From the human T2T-CHM13v2.0 reference genome, Homo sapiens: DNA of 64,000 nt. Below, piece after piece: positions 37,403 to 51,255 of this stretch. Made by a program: the position numbers and the translations under genes. The stretch lies in NCBI RefSeq assembly GCF_009914755.1, contig NC_060927.1; one strand, given 5' to 3'. The notes beneath the pieces are model-generated. The model ran no database searches, was not told the origin of the DNA, and saw nothing but the letters and a program-made list of their open reading frames with translations. How positions within the stretch are numbered: position 1 is the first letter of the stretch; the number at the start of each line of letters is the position of its first letter.

Positions 37403-39689
37403 TTTTTAGCACTCAAGGAAAAGACACATGGGAAAGGATTGTTGGATCTTCACTGAGCACAATTTTCTGGCATAACAAGTGAAAATGGGCTCTTTTCTCT
37501 CACTGCCCTGTTACTCTTCTTTTCTCGAGTGAATCAGTATCATTGCTTTTCTGTTATGTTTTTAGTTCATTTAATGCTTTATATTTTTTCGGAATACCTA
37601 TAGAGTTCAAAACTACATTAAATAACAACAGCAGCAACACTACACATTAGGAGATAATTCCAATAATGCTAAAAAGGGACAATTAATAGCAAAGATCACA
37701 AGTCTGCAAATAGTCAAGCTGACATCTGACCTTCTTATTCATTAAATCATGTGTGGAACTTGGCACCCACGCAGGACAGCCAACCAGAAGGAAATCGCAG
37801 ATCTGGAAAAAAGGAAACACAGAAGATAAATATAATTTGTTGTTTTAAAGTTTCCCAACATTCGATTAATCTACAACTGTTCTTATTTCTATGTTTAAAT
37901 AGGGTCTGGTTTCAGAGCTATCTCTGATTTTGAATAGATGCAAATAGACTTAGATAAAATCTTATTCTAAAGGGGAGATGGTTTCAGGGAAAGGGACTCT
38001 AACACAAGGACTGTAAGAACACATTACAGGCATGGGACAACTTTTGTGAATCTCAGAGATGTACATTTCTGTGGAGTTTTAGGAACAAGACCCAAGAGCT
38101 TTGGATTGGCAGTCTGGGAAGATGAATAAAAGGCAAATGTGAACCTCAAACTGTTTAGCCACTGTGCGTTAAAGGGAATCCTGCTTTATCTCAGTGGATG
38201 GTTCCTGGAATAGGTCTCAACATATAAGAGCTGCAATTGAGCTGTCGGGTGGGGCACTGCCATATGAACCTGTGGGGAAGCGATGGGTTCCTCATCAGGG
38301 TATGAATGTAAGCATGAAGCCATGGAGCTGTCTAGATTGTGCTAAATGCAATCATATGGTGAACACTTCTCCCAGGTACAAACAAGATGAGAAAGGCAGC
38401 CAAACAGACCACGACACCTGCCATGCCGCAGAGGATGTCGCCGAGTGGCTGCCTGCATGGCAAGTGACAAGCCGCTTTTCAACTAACTGCAGTCCTACAA
38501 TTTTTGTTGTTGTTGTAAATAACGTAGAAATTTTAGAAAAACAGAGGTTAGCAGGGAAAACATCTGGGTTCCCACTACCCCAAATATAAACATTTTGTCA
38601 CCTGTGCTCTAATTTTTTTTAATTTAAAAAAGGGTATATTTTAAAATAACATGAAGAATGCCTTTTTTTAAATTAGAAAAATTGGAGCATAGGTATAATC
38701 TCCTTGACAACCCCACACCAAGCCCAGAATGTGAGTTGGTTTGTATCTTTCAAGACCACTATTTTTCCTTTTTAACATTCACATACATAAATGCATATCG
38801 AAGGCAATGAACAATGTTTGTGTATTTTTAATTTACCTATATGATATGAATCTCTGTTTGTGTATCTTTTGTTCTACACTTTTGACTCAATATGATGGAT
38901 GTGGGCTTGAACCACGCTAATCTATACCAGCTCATTCCCTTTAACTGCCACATTGAGTAAATACATACTCAGTTGTTGGCTTTTCACCCAATATCCAACG
39001 TTTATGGCTACATAAAAGCCCTTGTTATATCATTAAAGCGATTGTTGGTTATGTGTGGGTGTGCATATGTATGTGAGCATAAGCACATTTTCTCTGCTCT
39101 TGACTCTGGGCTTCTGAAGAAGCTGCCCTGTCTTGTTTCTGCAGTGGTTCTTCCACCCTATGACTCCATGCAGTGGACACTCAGTATGTTAAAAGGAAAA
39201 ATGTATTTATTAAAATTGACTTGCTTATTACTAATTTTCTTTCCTTTTAAAACAACATTAAGGTAGACTTTGGAGTTGTATTTATTTATTTTCTTCAATA
39301 TCTCTCTGCACCGCCCATTTCATAAACCTTCAAGTCCAAAACCTTTAACTTCACCTCACCATTTGGCTGACAGTCAGAAACTCTGATAATGTGCGGCTGA
39401 AGACCAAGGCAATTAAGAAGCTTATTCAAAGAGGATTCTCAAAGACTACATTAACAAAGCCAGGAAGGCTTGTGTTTGTAGCAGTTGTTATGACTTTATG
39501 GCAATTATGTATACATATACACCATTACCCCTGACATTAATATATAAATACAAAACTATATATATATAGATATTTTGGATGCAAAAATTGGACCTCAATA
39601 TTTTTTTTTGAGAGTGTAATTTTGATTTAGGCTTTGAGCAATATATCTGAACTTGACTCTGTGAAAAACCTAAAAATTCTCATATAATT

Positions 39690-39935
39690 AATAAGTTTGT
39701 ATACACAGCATTTATTAAACACACATTATGGACTGGGTTGTTCTAATTATTTTGTCTAATTTCACATAAGGTAATCCTCACAATGACCGTATGAGGTAAG
39801 TATTATAAATGACCCCGTTTTCCAGATGAAGAAAGGAGAGGAGAAGAGTTAAGCATTTTGCCCAAAGTCAAACAGTGCAGAAGAGGCCAGCCAAGAATCG
39901 CACCCAGGCAGTCTGATGTCATGGGCCTTGTTCTA
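39690..39935 (-). mobile_element. MIR
   Basis: aatcctcacaatgaccgtatgaggtaag, ttttccagatgaagaaa, tttgcccaaagtcaaacag, cccaggcagtctga. Confidence 0.85.
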
Positions 39936-40744
39936 AATGATTGAGAACAGATTTAGGTTTTAAAGATAAAACTGCAAAGAAGAAAATGAAACACTGTCAC
40001 TGAGGTGGTTTCCAACTTTTGCTATAATACAAACATGCGGCATCTTTTTCATGCTGTGCCTCCAACCGAGAACAAACCAAATTAGAGTTCTTCAAGTAGA
40101 CAAATTGAAAGTGATTTCCCAGTGATGAAGGAAATTTAAAGCAACAAGTTCAAGCCCCAAACCCTTCCAACTTAAACATACCCATTTTCAGTTCTTCTCT
40201 TTAGGAAACAGGGGCTGTGAATTTCTTCATGGCTCAAAGGAGACTGCCTAGTTTTGTTTACACAAGACTCAAAGCAAAAATGAGAATCACTCCCTGGGAC
40301 AGCTTTAGCTCAGAATGTGTGTTCTTTGCACATTTTTAATTGGAGCACAAATATATTAACAGTGTGGTTATTTTGTAGTTTCAAAGGAATCTGTTTTGTA
40401 ACTGATTCATATTTATATTTGGAATATAGTTATTTCTGGGCATGAAACAGTTCATTTTGTTAAGCCATCTGACCTGAGGTGAGGTTGGCACTATTTCCCA
40501 TGACTGCTCCCAATTAATGCAAATTGAAGGTTAAAGGATAAATAAAGTCCCTTTAACTTGGTTTACTAATATGTTATTTATAAATGGCTCTTTACTGGCC
40601 TGTTTTTTGACAGTAACTTTGTATGAATGAAATTGCACAGAACAAACTAGCAAATACATAATGCATATTTTGTTGCAAAGCATTTAAAGGGTTAAATTTA
40701 AGTGAATTCAATTTTAAAGGGGTTAATATTAGAGCAAAATTAAT

Positions 40745-40853
40745 TCCTCCTCCTTCTCCTTCTCCTCCTTCTCCGCCTCTTCCTCCTCCTCTTGCTCCTC
40801 CTCCTCTTCCTCCTCCTCTTCCACCTTCTTTTCTCTCTCTCTCTCTCTCTCTC
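40745..40853. repeat. Imperfect (CCT)n followed by a (CT)n microsatellite
   Basis: ~110 nt of almost pure pyrimidine on the + strand. Confidence 0.9.
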
Positions 40854-40959
40854 ATCTCTGGTTTTTCACTAAATCATATGAAGCCTGAGCTAGATTGATT
40901 GCATTGTATTAGTGGCGTTTTTTTTTTTGTAAAGTGCTTATTCATTCTTTTAAAGTTTT

Positions 40960-41560
40960 ATTTTGACAGTTAAATAGTATCCCATAATATCACACTTATT
41001 GAAGGCCAGTGAAGTCTTTTCTTCTGCTATCCAAATAGGACTACAAAGCATAACACTGTGTAAGTGCCAGTTCTCACACATACAAGTTAAAATATGGAAC
41101 AAATCTCAATAGAATTGGCCATTCAATGGGAATGCACATTTTACATTGTGATTGTATTTCCAAATTAGATTCTATAGAGGTTGTTTCAATTTATGTCTAC
41201 GTCTGAAAGTCCTGTTTCTCCATATCTTTGCTAATATGTTATTAAACATTATATTTATCTATTTGATAGCAGATAAATGGAATCCTAGTTAGAATTCACA
41301 TATATCTTGGGTAGGTAAAGCTGTAAATCTTCTGATACGTTTAAACATTATTTGTATTTCTTATTGTGTGAATTTTCCTCCCTGTTTCCTTCCTTCTTTT
41401 TTTCCTTCCTTCCTGCGTTCCTTTCAATGATTTGCCCATGGTTTTCTGCTACGTTGGTGGACATTTTTTTATTGACAAGCCATCACATTATATCTTCTAG
41501 AGAAACAAATTCTTTTTCTTTTGGCTTTGCTTTTGGGAGTTTTGTCAATATCTATTTTTT
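40960..41560 (-). mobile_element. Old L1ME 3' fragment
   Basis: ttccaaattagattctatagaggttg, cctgtttctccatatctttgctaat, tttgcccatggttttct. Confidence 0.65.
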
Positions 41561-41662
41561 TTTTTCTAATTTTTCCCTCCTTCCCTCCCTCCCTTCCTTA
41601 TTCCTTTCCTTTCCTTTCGTTTCCTTTCCTTTCTGTGGTAAAACAATTAACATGAGATTACC

Positions 41663-41977
<315 letters not shown>

Positions 41978-42014
41978 TAAGTACAAAATACAGTATTGTT
42001 AACAATAGGCACAA

Positions 42015-42562
42015 TACTTTACCCCTCCCTGCATCTACCCTTTTATCATGTAACTTTGTAGTTCCTCTCACTGAAGAGGTTAAGTCTATTCTCCTGTGCT
42101 TTTTGATTGTGTTTTTGGCCATGTGACTTGCTTTGGTCAATGGAATGTTATCAGATATGCTGCATATAGAAGTCTGAAAAAGTTCTTGCTACATTTAAGT
42201 ATTTTCTCTTGCTCTCCTGTGATTGCCATGAGAATATGCCTTAGACAGCTTGTTATGGATGAGAAACACATAGCAGAGTTGACTCACATCAGTTGTCTCC
42301 ACCAAGGCCACCCCAGGTCAGCCTAGACCAGCCAAGTCCCATCCATATAAGACAGCCCAAGGAAGATGAGCAGAGTCACCTAGCTGACATACAGCTGACC
42401 ACAAATGCATGAGTGAGCCCACCCAAGACTGGCAGAATCACCCAGCCAACTCTCATACTCATGAGCTACTGAATGCTAATCATTTCAAACTATGTTTTGT
42501 GGTAATTTGTTACTATCCCTGGTAATTCCAAATAATGTCATTATGCACTAGATAACTGATAG
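42015..42562 (+). mobile_element. ERVL-MaLR solo LTR, MLT1G-like
   Basis: ggccatgtgacttgctttggtcaatggaatg, cagctgaccacaaatgcatgagtgagccc, ends gataactgata. Confidence 0.8.
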
Positions 42563-42662
42563 AGGGCTTATCCCTGTTGCGCTCAAAAAAAAAAAAAAAA
42601 GAGAGAGATGCCTACATAGAAAATGGTTTAAAAAATTCAGCAAATATCCATCAAACACCAGC

Positions 42663-43125
42663 TGTATCAATCAGGGTTATCCAGGAAAACATAAACTGGT
42701 TTAAGTATTTAAACAGAAAGAGAATAATGCAGGGGATTGATTACGTAAGTGAAGGAAAAGATGTGAAGTCGAACAGGGGAGAATGAGGCATCCAGCAGGA
42801 AACCCCTAAGCTATCGAGATGAGAATGGAGGTGTTGATATTGGAGCCCTGGGGTGGGGGTCATTCAGCAGAAACTGAAAGCTTTAACTGGCCACTCCAGC
42901 AGGAACTGAAGCCACAGAGGAGACACAACTGTTGTCAGAGATACTGTCTGAGGCAGAGAGAGTGGAGAAGAAATACCCTGGCTTCTCCCTTCCTTCAGTC
43001 CTCCGATCTTCCTCCAAGGCCTTCCAATGGCTGAACCCAGAGGAGGCACATACCTCAGGAGGCAGCCCCTCAGTAATACAGAGGCAGGGCATGGAGAGGA
43101 TCTGTGGGCAAGCAGGTGAATACAC
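42663..43125 (-). mobile_element. Old solo LTR (LTR78/LTR79-like)
   Basis: Begins tgtatcaatcagggttatccaggaaaac...gtatttaaacagaaag; ccttccaatggctgaaccca. Confidence 0.55.
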
Positions 43126-43289
43126 AGTCATGCTGTGCAAGGTACCATACAAGGTGTTGCTCAGTGCTTTTGTGACATCCTTAAAAATAAGAGAATCAGA
43201 AAAGATACAGGGCCTGAAGGTTAGAAAGGGCCCAACTAGGTGGAAATGAGGGAAAGAATGCCCAGGCTGCAGCAACTATAGGAGCGAAG

Positions 43290-43850
43290 TGCAGGAAATA
43301 CCGAGGGAATAGCAAGTATTCTGGTTTGGCTTAGAAGGTTGTGTGTTTGGGAGAGGGAAACAGAGGTAGAGAATGGGTGATGAGGCTGCAAAGGCAGAAA
43401 CAGTGCTACAGCTTGAAAGACTTGGTTCTAATCCAAGCAGATTGGACTTTTGTTCTAAAGGCAATGGGAAATTTAATGGCTCTGAGCAAAGGATAATATA
43501 ATACCTGTTGTGCATTAGGAATATTAGCCTGATAGAAATGTGAAGGATCAATTAGAGAATGGCAAACCAGACTAGGGGTTATTAATTTAAGTGTAGACCT
43601 CAGGGAATTCACAACCCTCCTTAAGTAATTTGTAGAAGTTTGTTCGAGCATTCAATTTCCTGAGAGATGGTGCATAGCTGTTGCATGGATTTCAGTGGAG
43701 TCTATGACCTCTGACCCCATCAAAACTGTTTAAGCACCAGAAGCAAGGAAGTCATCTAGAAAGCTTCTATCATAATTTCTTTAATGAGGGTCAAAAACAT
43801 AACAGTGGCAATGGAAATAAAAAAGGAGAAAATGGAAACATTTATGAGGC
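43290..43850 (-). mobile_element. L2 fragments interrupted by a hAT MITE (~43570-43740)
   Basis: ttggactttttgttctaaaggcaatgggaa, acagtggcaatggaaata. Confidence 0.6.
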
Positions 43851-44326
43851 ATGGACTAAACAAATAATCTAGCTGAACCTGAACAGAAACGAAACAAGCG
43901 CAAGAGTACTGAAAGGCTTAACTATGGGCAACATCCATCTGTTATTCTTTTTCTTCCTTCTATAAAATAGACAAAGCAACTCCTGTTTCCAAGATACCAT
44001 AACAATTTACTAAACTAGAAAGTTCTAAGATAAACATAAAGCATATATATCATCACTGCCCATCTCCCATGTTCACCACAGAGATGACTAATCAATTGCA
44101 ATCTTTCTTTACTACTGAATCCAACCACAATCTCCAAATCCTTCTCAAATAGCACCCAGACAGGCATTGCCAACCAGTTTAAGAAGAAACTTACATGCCA
44201 TCTCTGCTGTAAGGCATTTTCTAGAGCTAGTATTTTTATTAATATTTATTGTATTGACTGTTCTTTAGTTTCGTAAAGATCTAGTACCAGTGAATGGGTA
44301 TATTTGGCAGAATGTATTACATACTG

Positions 44327-44400
44327 ATATATATATATTTATTTATATATTATATATTATTTATTTATATATTATATATTATTTATATATATATATATTT
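44327..44400. repeat. AT-only microsatellite-like tract
   Basis: (AT)n arms around duplicated atttatttatatattatatatt units. Confidence 0.9.
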
Positions 44401-45034
44401 ATTTCCCACATGTGGGAAATTTAATCACATACAGTTGGATTACTAACTAGGTCTTACCCAAGTTCATGAATCCATTTAATGTTAATTCAAAGCAATTGAC
44501 ACAGATTTTAACTAAGCTGAATTAGGAGGGAAAACTGTATTTACATGAAAACTTACTCTATTATACAATTATCATAGTAAAGTTTTAAAAACAGCACATG
44601 TCATCACAATCAACTATGAGCAACTATATTGTTTGGTAAATTCTGAACTCCAATCACTGGCAAGTAGGTGTATAGTATTGCCAAAAGCCACCTGTGTTTT
44701 AAAGGATGGTGACTTTTGGGTTGGCATTTGAATGTCACTATGGTGATTTTATTTCCTTGGGATGTTTTCTATCTGACATTTGAAAAGACATGTAATTTCA
44801 ACATAGAACCACAATAAAGACAGATTCAGATAAGCCAAATTTGTTTTCTACTTGTAGTTGATCAACAAGAAAATTACTACTCTCTACATCAGCATGAAGA
44901 CTTTCCCTGCTCCCCTGAACATCAAATTCTGACGTATGACCTGTTCAAACAGAAACAAATAACATTTGGAAAACTATCTATATAGAAAAATATTCTCACA
45001 AAATTGTAAAAAAAATCCTCTAATGTACTAAATT

Positions 45035-45325
45035 CCCAGCAGTAATTATTTGACCATGATCCACAATAAAAAATAATGTTTTAACCTGTAACACACATAT
45101 ACACAAATATGTAGGGATATATATATATATATCTCCGAAACAAAAGTTCCACAAAATAATATTCTTACTCCTGTGATACACTTGGATACCTTCTATTCCA
45201 TTTAACTCTACCCTATTTTGTTCTATTTTATGTACTATTTCATTTTTTAAAAAGTTAGTAATAATCTGCTAAATTGATTTCATTACCCACTAATATAGCC
45301 CAACCACAGTATGAAAAACACTACT
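45035..45325. mobile_element. hAT-Charlie MITE (same family as ~9630-9872 and ~51642-51880)
   Basis: ctaaattgatttcattacccactaat ... cagtatgaaaaacacta. Confidence 0.65.
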
Positions 45326-45939
45326 GAAGCAAAATGACTAAAGTACTCTGACTTTATTCACCAATGTAAACATATCCACAAAAGACCAATCCTGAGCAAC
45401 TTAGCAGGGGAAAAAAAAAATCTCTTGGCTTGCTCCCTAGTATCCTGGATGAAGCCAAGGTTTGCTGAGCCAATTTTTGTAGTTTGTGGTTGACAATGAC
45501 TGAAAACTGAAAGGCAGAGATCAAATCCTCACTTTCCCTCTCAACACATCTCTTCCGCTGGGTAATTTATACGGTGCAACTATCAAGCTATTCAATTTTG
45601 CTGTCATTTACTGTCCTTTTTCCAACAGCAATGGAAACACAGCATCAGTTTACTGTCTTCTCTCTTAGGTAGAATTAGATTATTGTCCCTCCTACCCCTT
45701 TAAACAAGGATGGCATTCACCACTTCAGAGAATCATTCCTAGAGGATCGCCAAACAAAGCATGGCAGGGAAACCACTATCCATGAAGGAGCAATAGCAGA
45801 ATCTGGGGATTGAGGCTGTCAGTCAAGGTTATATACAAGAACAAGCTTTATAATGGTTCTTTTGATTGAGTGGACACAATTAGAACTGAAACAACATAAT
45901 AATAAAAACAAATAGACACTTTAGGCATGCAGAGTGCAG

Positions 45940-46102
45940 CAAACTACTCTGTGCCTCAAGTTCCGTAATAGGACAATAACAATACTTAATTTATAGAGAC
46001 GTGATGAGGATTAAATTAGTAAGTTCAATATTAAAAATGTATAAAGTGCTTAGAAGAGTGCCTGGCTCAAGAAAGCATGCTGTAAGTGTTGTTTTTATTA
46101 TT
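45940..46102 (+). mobile_element. MIR
   Basis: ctctgtgcctcaag, gaggattaaattag, tgtataaagtgcttagaagagtgcctggc. Confidence 0.85.
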
Positions 46103-46429
46103 ATGCTGGCCCAGGGAATTGGCAGATATTGGTCTAGTTCTATGCTGAACTCAATACAAAAACCCAGGAAAAGAAGGGATGGTTCTAAGTGCCCCTAGAG
46201 TTATGCTCCACATTTAAAGTGTCAAACTGGGACACTTTTGAGGAGTGTTGGATTGGTTCATTGTATTGATTGTGGGGATGCTTTAACAGCGTATACATAT
46301 GTCATAATTTATCAAATTGTATATTTTAAACACAATTTATTTTATGTCAATGAGACTTTAATAAAGCTAATAAAGTTTGCTTTATTTAATTAAAATTAAA
46401 TAAAGTTAATAAAGCAGACCAAAACTAAA

Positions 46430-49400
46430 AGAATATTTAAAGAAGTATACTTCCAGTAGAAGGAGAAATATCCCAGATGGGAGCTTGGAAACACAGGAAG
46501 GAATGATGAACAACAGAAATGGTAAATACGCAGTAAATCTAAATGAATATTAACTACTTAAAACAATAATTGTTATATCTTGTGGGATTTAAAACATAAC
46601 TAGAATTGAAATGTGAGACAATAATACAAAAGGGAGGAGTGGTAAGTAAAATTAAGTCCCTTGCATTTTCTGGAAAGTAGTCAAAGTCACAACTTATATT
46701 ATATACTAATAAATTAATGATTCACTTTGTAATTCCTAGGGTAACCACTAAAAGAAGAGTAAAAGAATAAATGACTAACAAGCCAGTAGAGGTGAAATAT
46801 TTCATTAATTCAAAATATGGTAACAAAGGAGAGGAAAAGGAACAGTAAATAACTGGGGCAAATAAAATGTCAAAGAGTAATATGATGGATTATAACCCAG
46901 ATATATCAGTAATTGCATAAAATGCAGAAAAACAGTTCACAAAATCTACATATACTATATTATTTTTTAAATCCCAGTTAAATGCTGCTTAACTGAGACA
47001 CTTTTGATATTAGGACACACAATTTCAAAGAAAAAAAGGATTGAAAAAATTACATGTAAATTATGTTAATATCAGATACTGTAAACTTAATGACAAGGGA
47101 TATTACTAGAGATAAAAAAGACATTTCATAATAGTAAAAGAATCCAATAGAAAGATATGAGCGCTAAATCTGAATGTACCTAGTTATTAAGCCTCAAAAT
47201 ATATAAAGCCAACATTGCTAGAACTAGAAAAAGAGATAAGAAAATCCACAATTAATGTGGGAGGGTTTAATACACCTCTCTCAGTAACTGGTAGAACAGG
47301 CTATTAAAAATGAGTAAGAACGTAGATAAGGATAAGGTGATGAACACATTTGACCTAATTGATTTATAACATTACAGCCAACAATTACAGAATACACATT
47401 GAACATTTACCAAAATTTATGTGTTGATAATAAATGAGTCTGAATAAATTTCAAAGATCAAAAATCAAACATAAGATGTTTACTGACCACAGCATAATTA
47501 AACAGAAATCAATAATAAAATAACTAAAAATTACACAAATATTTGGAAATTAAGCAGTACCCTTCTAATTAACCCATGGGTCAAAGATTAAGCACAATGG
47601 AAATTAGACAATATTATTAACTGAAATAGAAGAAAACATGCCATCTCAAGTGTGTGAGATGCAGCTAAAGGTGTGAGTGGAGGGAAATTTCTATACTTAA
47701 ATGCATGTATCAGAAAAAATGACAGCCAAGGATCTAATAAGACAGTCAATGATTTAAGTATCCATTTCAAGAAGCCCTAAAAATAATACCATATTAGGGT
47801 CAACAAAAGTGGAAAGGAGAAAATAACAAAGGTCAGAAATTAGTAATACAGAGAACAGAGTTACTGTAACAGAGAAAATCAATCAAGCCAAAAACTGGTT
47901 CTTTGAAAATACTAATAAAATCATAAACCTATAGCCAGATTTATTAAGATAAAAGAAGAGAAAGGAAAAATTACATAAAAATAATAAATAATAAAAAAAG
48001 AATAAAGAATTTTTCTTTTTCTTTTTAAAGAAAAAAACCTTTAAAATTTTTAAAAAATTTCTTTTTAAAGAATAAAAAAAAGAAATCACTATAAATCCTA
48101 CAGACAATAAAAAGATAAGGGGATACATGAACACTTCATGGCAATATTTGAAAATGTCAATGAAATGGACACATTGCTTAAAAAAAAACCTTACTCAAAC
48201 AGGAAAAAATAATAAAAATGTGAATGGTACTATACTCATTAAAGAAACTGAATTTGTACCTACAAATCTACTCACACAGTATTCTCTGGGCCTAAACTGC
48301 TGGAGAGTGAGTTCTACTAAATACTTAAAGGAAAAACCACACCAATTTTACATAGTTCATTCAGGTTATAGAAGAAGTGGGATCATGTCTCATCTCATTT
48401 GATGAAACTCATTTTATGAGGCCAGCATAGTCTTGATCCCGTAACAGTATAAGGGTATTATAAGAAAAGAAAATTATCAACTAGTATTTTTTATGAATTT
48501 GGAAGAAAAAGTAAACAAAGTGTTAGCAGACCGAATCCTGAGATAATTTTAAAAGGATAACACGTTAACGCAAGAGGGTTTTCTTTTAAAAATATAAGGT
48601 TGGTTTAATATTAGCTATCAATGTAAAGCACTCTATTGACAGAAAAATGAAAAGCATCTGGTCCTTTAAACGGATGCATTGATCTATTCATGATAAAACA
48701 CTCAGCAAACTAGGTGTATGGCAAATTTTGAAAATGCCTGAACAGCCCTACAATAGATTGTGAACACGCCCTGCCCCAGTGACCAGGTTGTACTAGTGTA
48801 ATAAGGCTGGTCCCTGCCACAAGTCCCCCTTCTTTCCTTCCCCTGAATGTCACCTAGTGACATTCAAACACACCAATGAAATCCCCTCATGCCTTTTCCT
48901 TGTATATGCCTTCCTGACCCACTAAAGAGGCACAGTTTGTAGGTCCTCACTCTCTTCGCTCCCCAGTTACTTAGTGAGCCCGCTCACCTGGCCCTTTTCC
49001 CATGCGGCCTTCTGCACGATGTGCTGTGCTTTCCTTTCTAGGACCTGCAAGCATAACAGATCATTTAATTGCATATGCCTCTCATAGTATTTCCATGGCC
49101 TTACTGAAGTGATCCTTAAAGACCTCACAAGGGGGATTTACTCTCCAATTTACAACACACTGGGATTGGAAGAAAACGCTCTCAATTTGATGAAACTGTA
49201 TAACAAACATGCTAATGATGAATATTGAAAGTTTCCCCTAAGACTAAGAATAATTCAAGGATAATTTCTATAACCACCTCTATAAAACATTATACTAGAA
49301 ATTGCAGGCTTTGCAATGAGGAAAAAAAAGACTGAAAAAGGAAGAGATAAAACTGTGGTTATTCTTTGAAATCATAATGGTGTATGAGGAAAACCAAAAT

Positions 49401-51255
49401 ATCCTCCAGATAAATTATTAAAACTAATAAGTTAATAAAGCCACACCACTGGATATAAGATCAACATATAAAAGTCAATTGGAATTCTATATACCAACGA
49501 CAAACATTTAGAAAATAAAATTCAGTAAATTATACCATTTATATTGGCATAAAAATATCAAATACTTTAAAATCCATTTTTAAAAGATATCCAAGACTTC
49601 TAAATGGGAAACTACAAAACTTTACTGAGAAAAAGCAGAAGAGATCAATACATGATCATAGATTGGGCGCCTCAATATTGTAAAATGTCAATTCTCCCTA
49701 AATTAGTATATAGATTCAATATACAGTAATCCCTATCAAAATCTCATAAGTCTTGGGTTTTTTTTTCTGGTGGAAATTAGTAAACTAATTCTAAGATATA
49801 TGTGAAATAGCAATGAGCCAAGAATAATCAAGGCAAAATTGAAGGAGAAGAATATTAGAGGACTTAACACTACCAGTTACAGGATTATAAATCTACATTA
49901 ATTAAAACAGTATGCTATTGACACAGGATAGACAAATAGATCACAAGAGCTCCAAAGAGAGTACAAAAACAGAAACACATATACCATCATTAATCATTAA
50001 AGGTGACACTGCATTGTGGTGAGAAAGGGCATTGTCCTGAATAAATGGTGGTAGGTTAACTGGATACCCATATTGTAAAAAATATTTTTGTACCTCACTT
50101 CACATGATACAGGAAAATCAATCCCAGGTGGGTTGCTGGTAAAAATGTAAAAGGTGAAACACGAAATCCTCAGAAAGATAACATATGGGAATATATTCAT
50201 GATTTGGGGGTAAACAAAGTTTTCTTAAACAGGACACAAACAGCATTAACAATAGAGGAAAAAAGAAATAAGTAAACAATAAATGTTAAAAGGAGGTAAT
50301 AAAGGAAAAGGTAAGAAATTAGATTATATTAAAATTAGGAACTTCTGTTCACCAAAAGACACCATTATGAGAGTGAAAAGTGGGAAACAATAATTGCATT
50401 ACAGATGACTTACAAAGGAATCATATTCAGAATATATATTGAACTCCAATAAATCATTAAGAAAAAGATAACCCAGTATAAAATGGCCAAAAGACTTGGA
50501 TATTCTCACACAAGAAGATACTCAAATGCAAACCAACATATAAAAAGTGCTCGACCTCATTATTTATCAGGAGAGTGTGAATTTAAAACACAATGAGATA
50601 TCTATACACGTCCACCAGAATGGCTAAAATTAAAAATACTGCCAATACCTAGTATTGGAGAAGATGTGAAGAAACTGGAATTCTCATACACTGTTGGTGA
50701 AGTATAATCATTTTGACAGTTCTATAATATCTCCTAAAGCTGAATACACATATATTATTAACCAGCAACTTCACTCCCAAACCTAACAGAAATGTGTACA
50801 CGTGGTCACCAAAAGACCTGTACAAAAATGTCCATAGCTGCTCTTTGCATAATAATGAAAAGCTGAAAACAATTAAAATGTTCATCAATAGTAGAACAGA
50901 TTAAAACTTGTAATACAGTGCAATTCAAGTCAGAAATGATAGAGTCTTCCAAACATAATATTGAGCAAAATATGCCAGACACAAGAAAGTATATTCTATA
51001 TTAGGCCATTATATACAGTTCAAAACTAAGCAAAATTAAACTCTGGTTTTAGAACTCCAGGGAGTTCAGTCTCTCCTTTGGGGACAGGCTGAAAGCCGGT
51101 GTGAAGAGAGTTTTTGCTTCTTGTCAGTATTGCATTTCATGATCTAAATGGTGATCATATAGGTGGATTTGTTTTGTGAAAATTTGTTAAGCTGTATGCT
51201 AATGATTTGTGTACATCTCTGTGTGTATGTTTCATTTTAATAAAAAGGTTTATTT
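46430..51255 (+). mobile_element. Long decayed L1M (ORF1 end, inter-ORF, ORF2, 3' UTR; L1MD/ME-like)
   Basis: Collinear ORF2 motifs aaagacatttcataatagtaaaag, tttaatacacctctctcag, aactcattttatgaggccagcat, ctcaatattgtaaaatgtcaattctccc, aacttctgttcaccaaaagacacc; 3' aataaaaa; many stops and indels. Confidence 0.9.
48715..49159 (+). mobile_element. ERVL-class solo LTR (MER74/MER54-like) nested in L1 ORF2
   Basis: TG...CA termini; 5-bp TSD ctagg/ctggg; L1 resumes on both sides; internal CCAAT. Confidence 0.75.

Noticed and set aside
38194-38589. 131-aa ORF as a CDS
   Set aside because: It starts at GTG, has no recognisable domain and runs into repeat-like sequence.
40592-40855. RGG/Gly-rich ORF
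   Set aside because: It is the translation of the (GGA)n/(GA)n microsatellite.
46430-51255. Functional L1 ORF2
   Set aside because: It is heavily diverged, with stops, indels and an LTR insertion.
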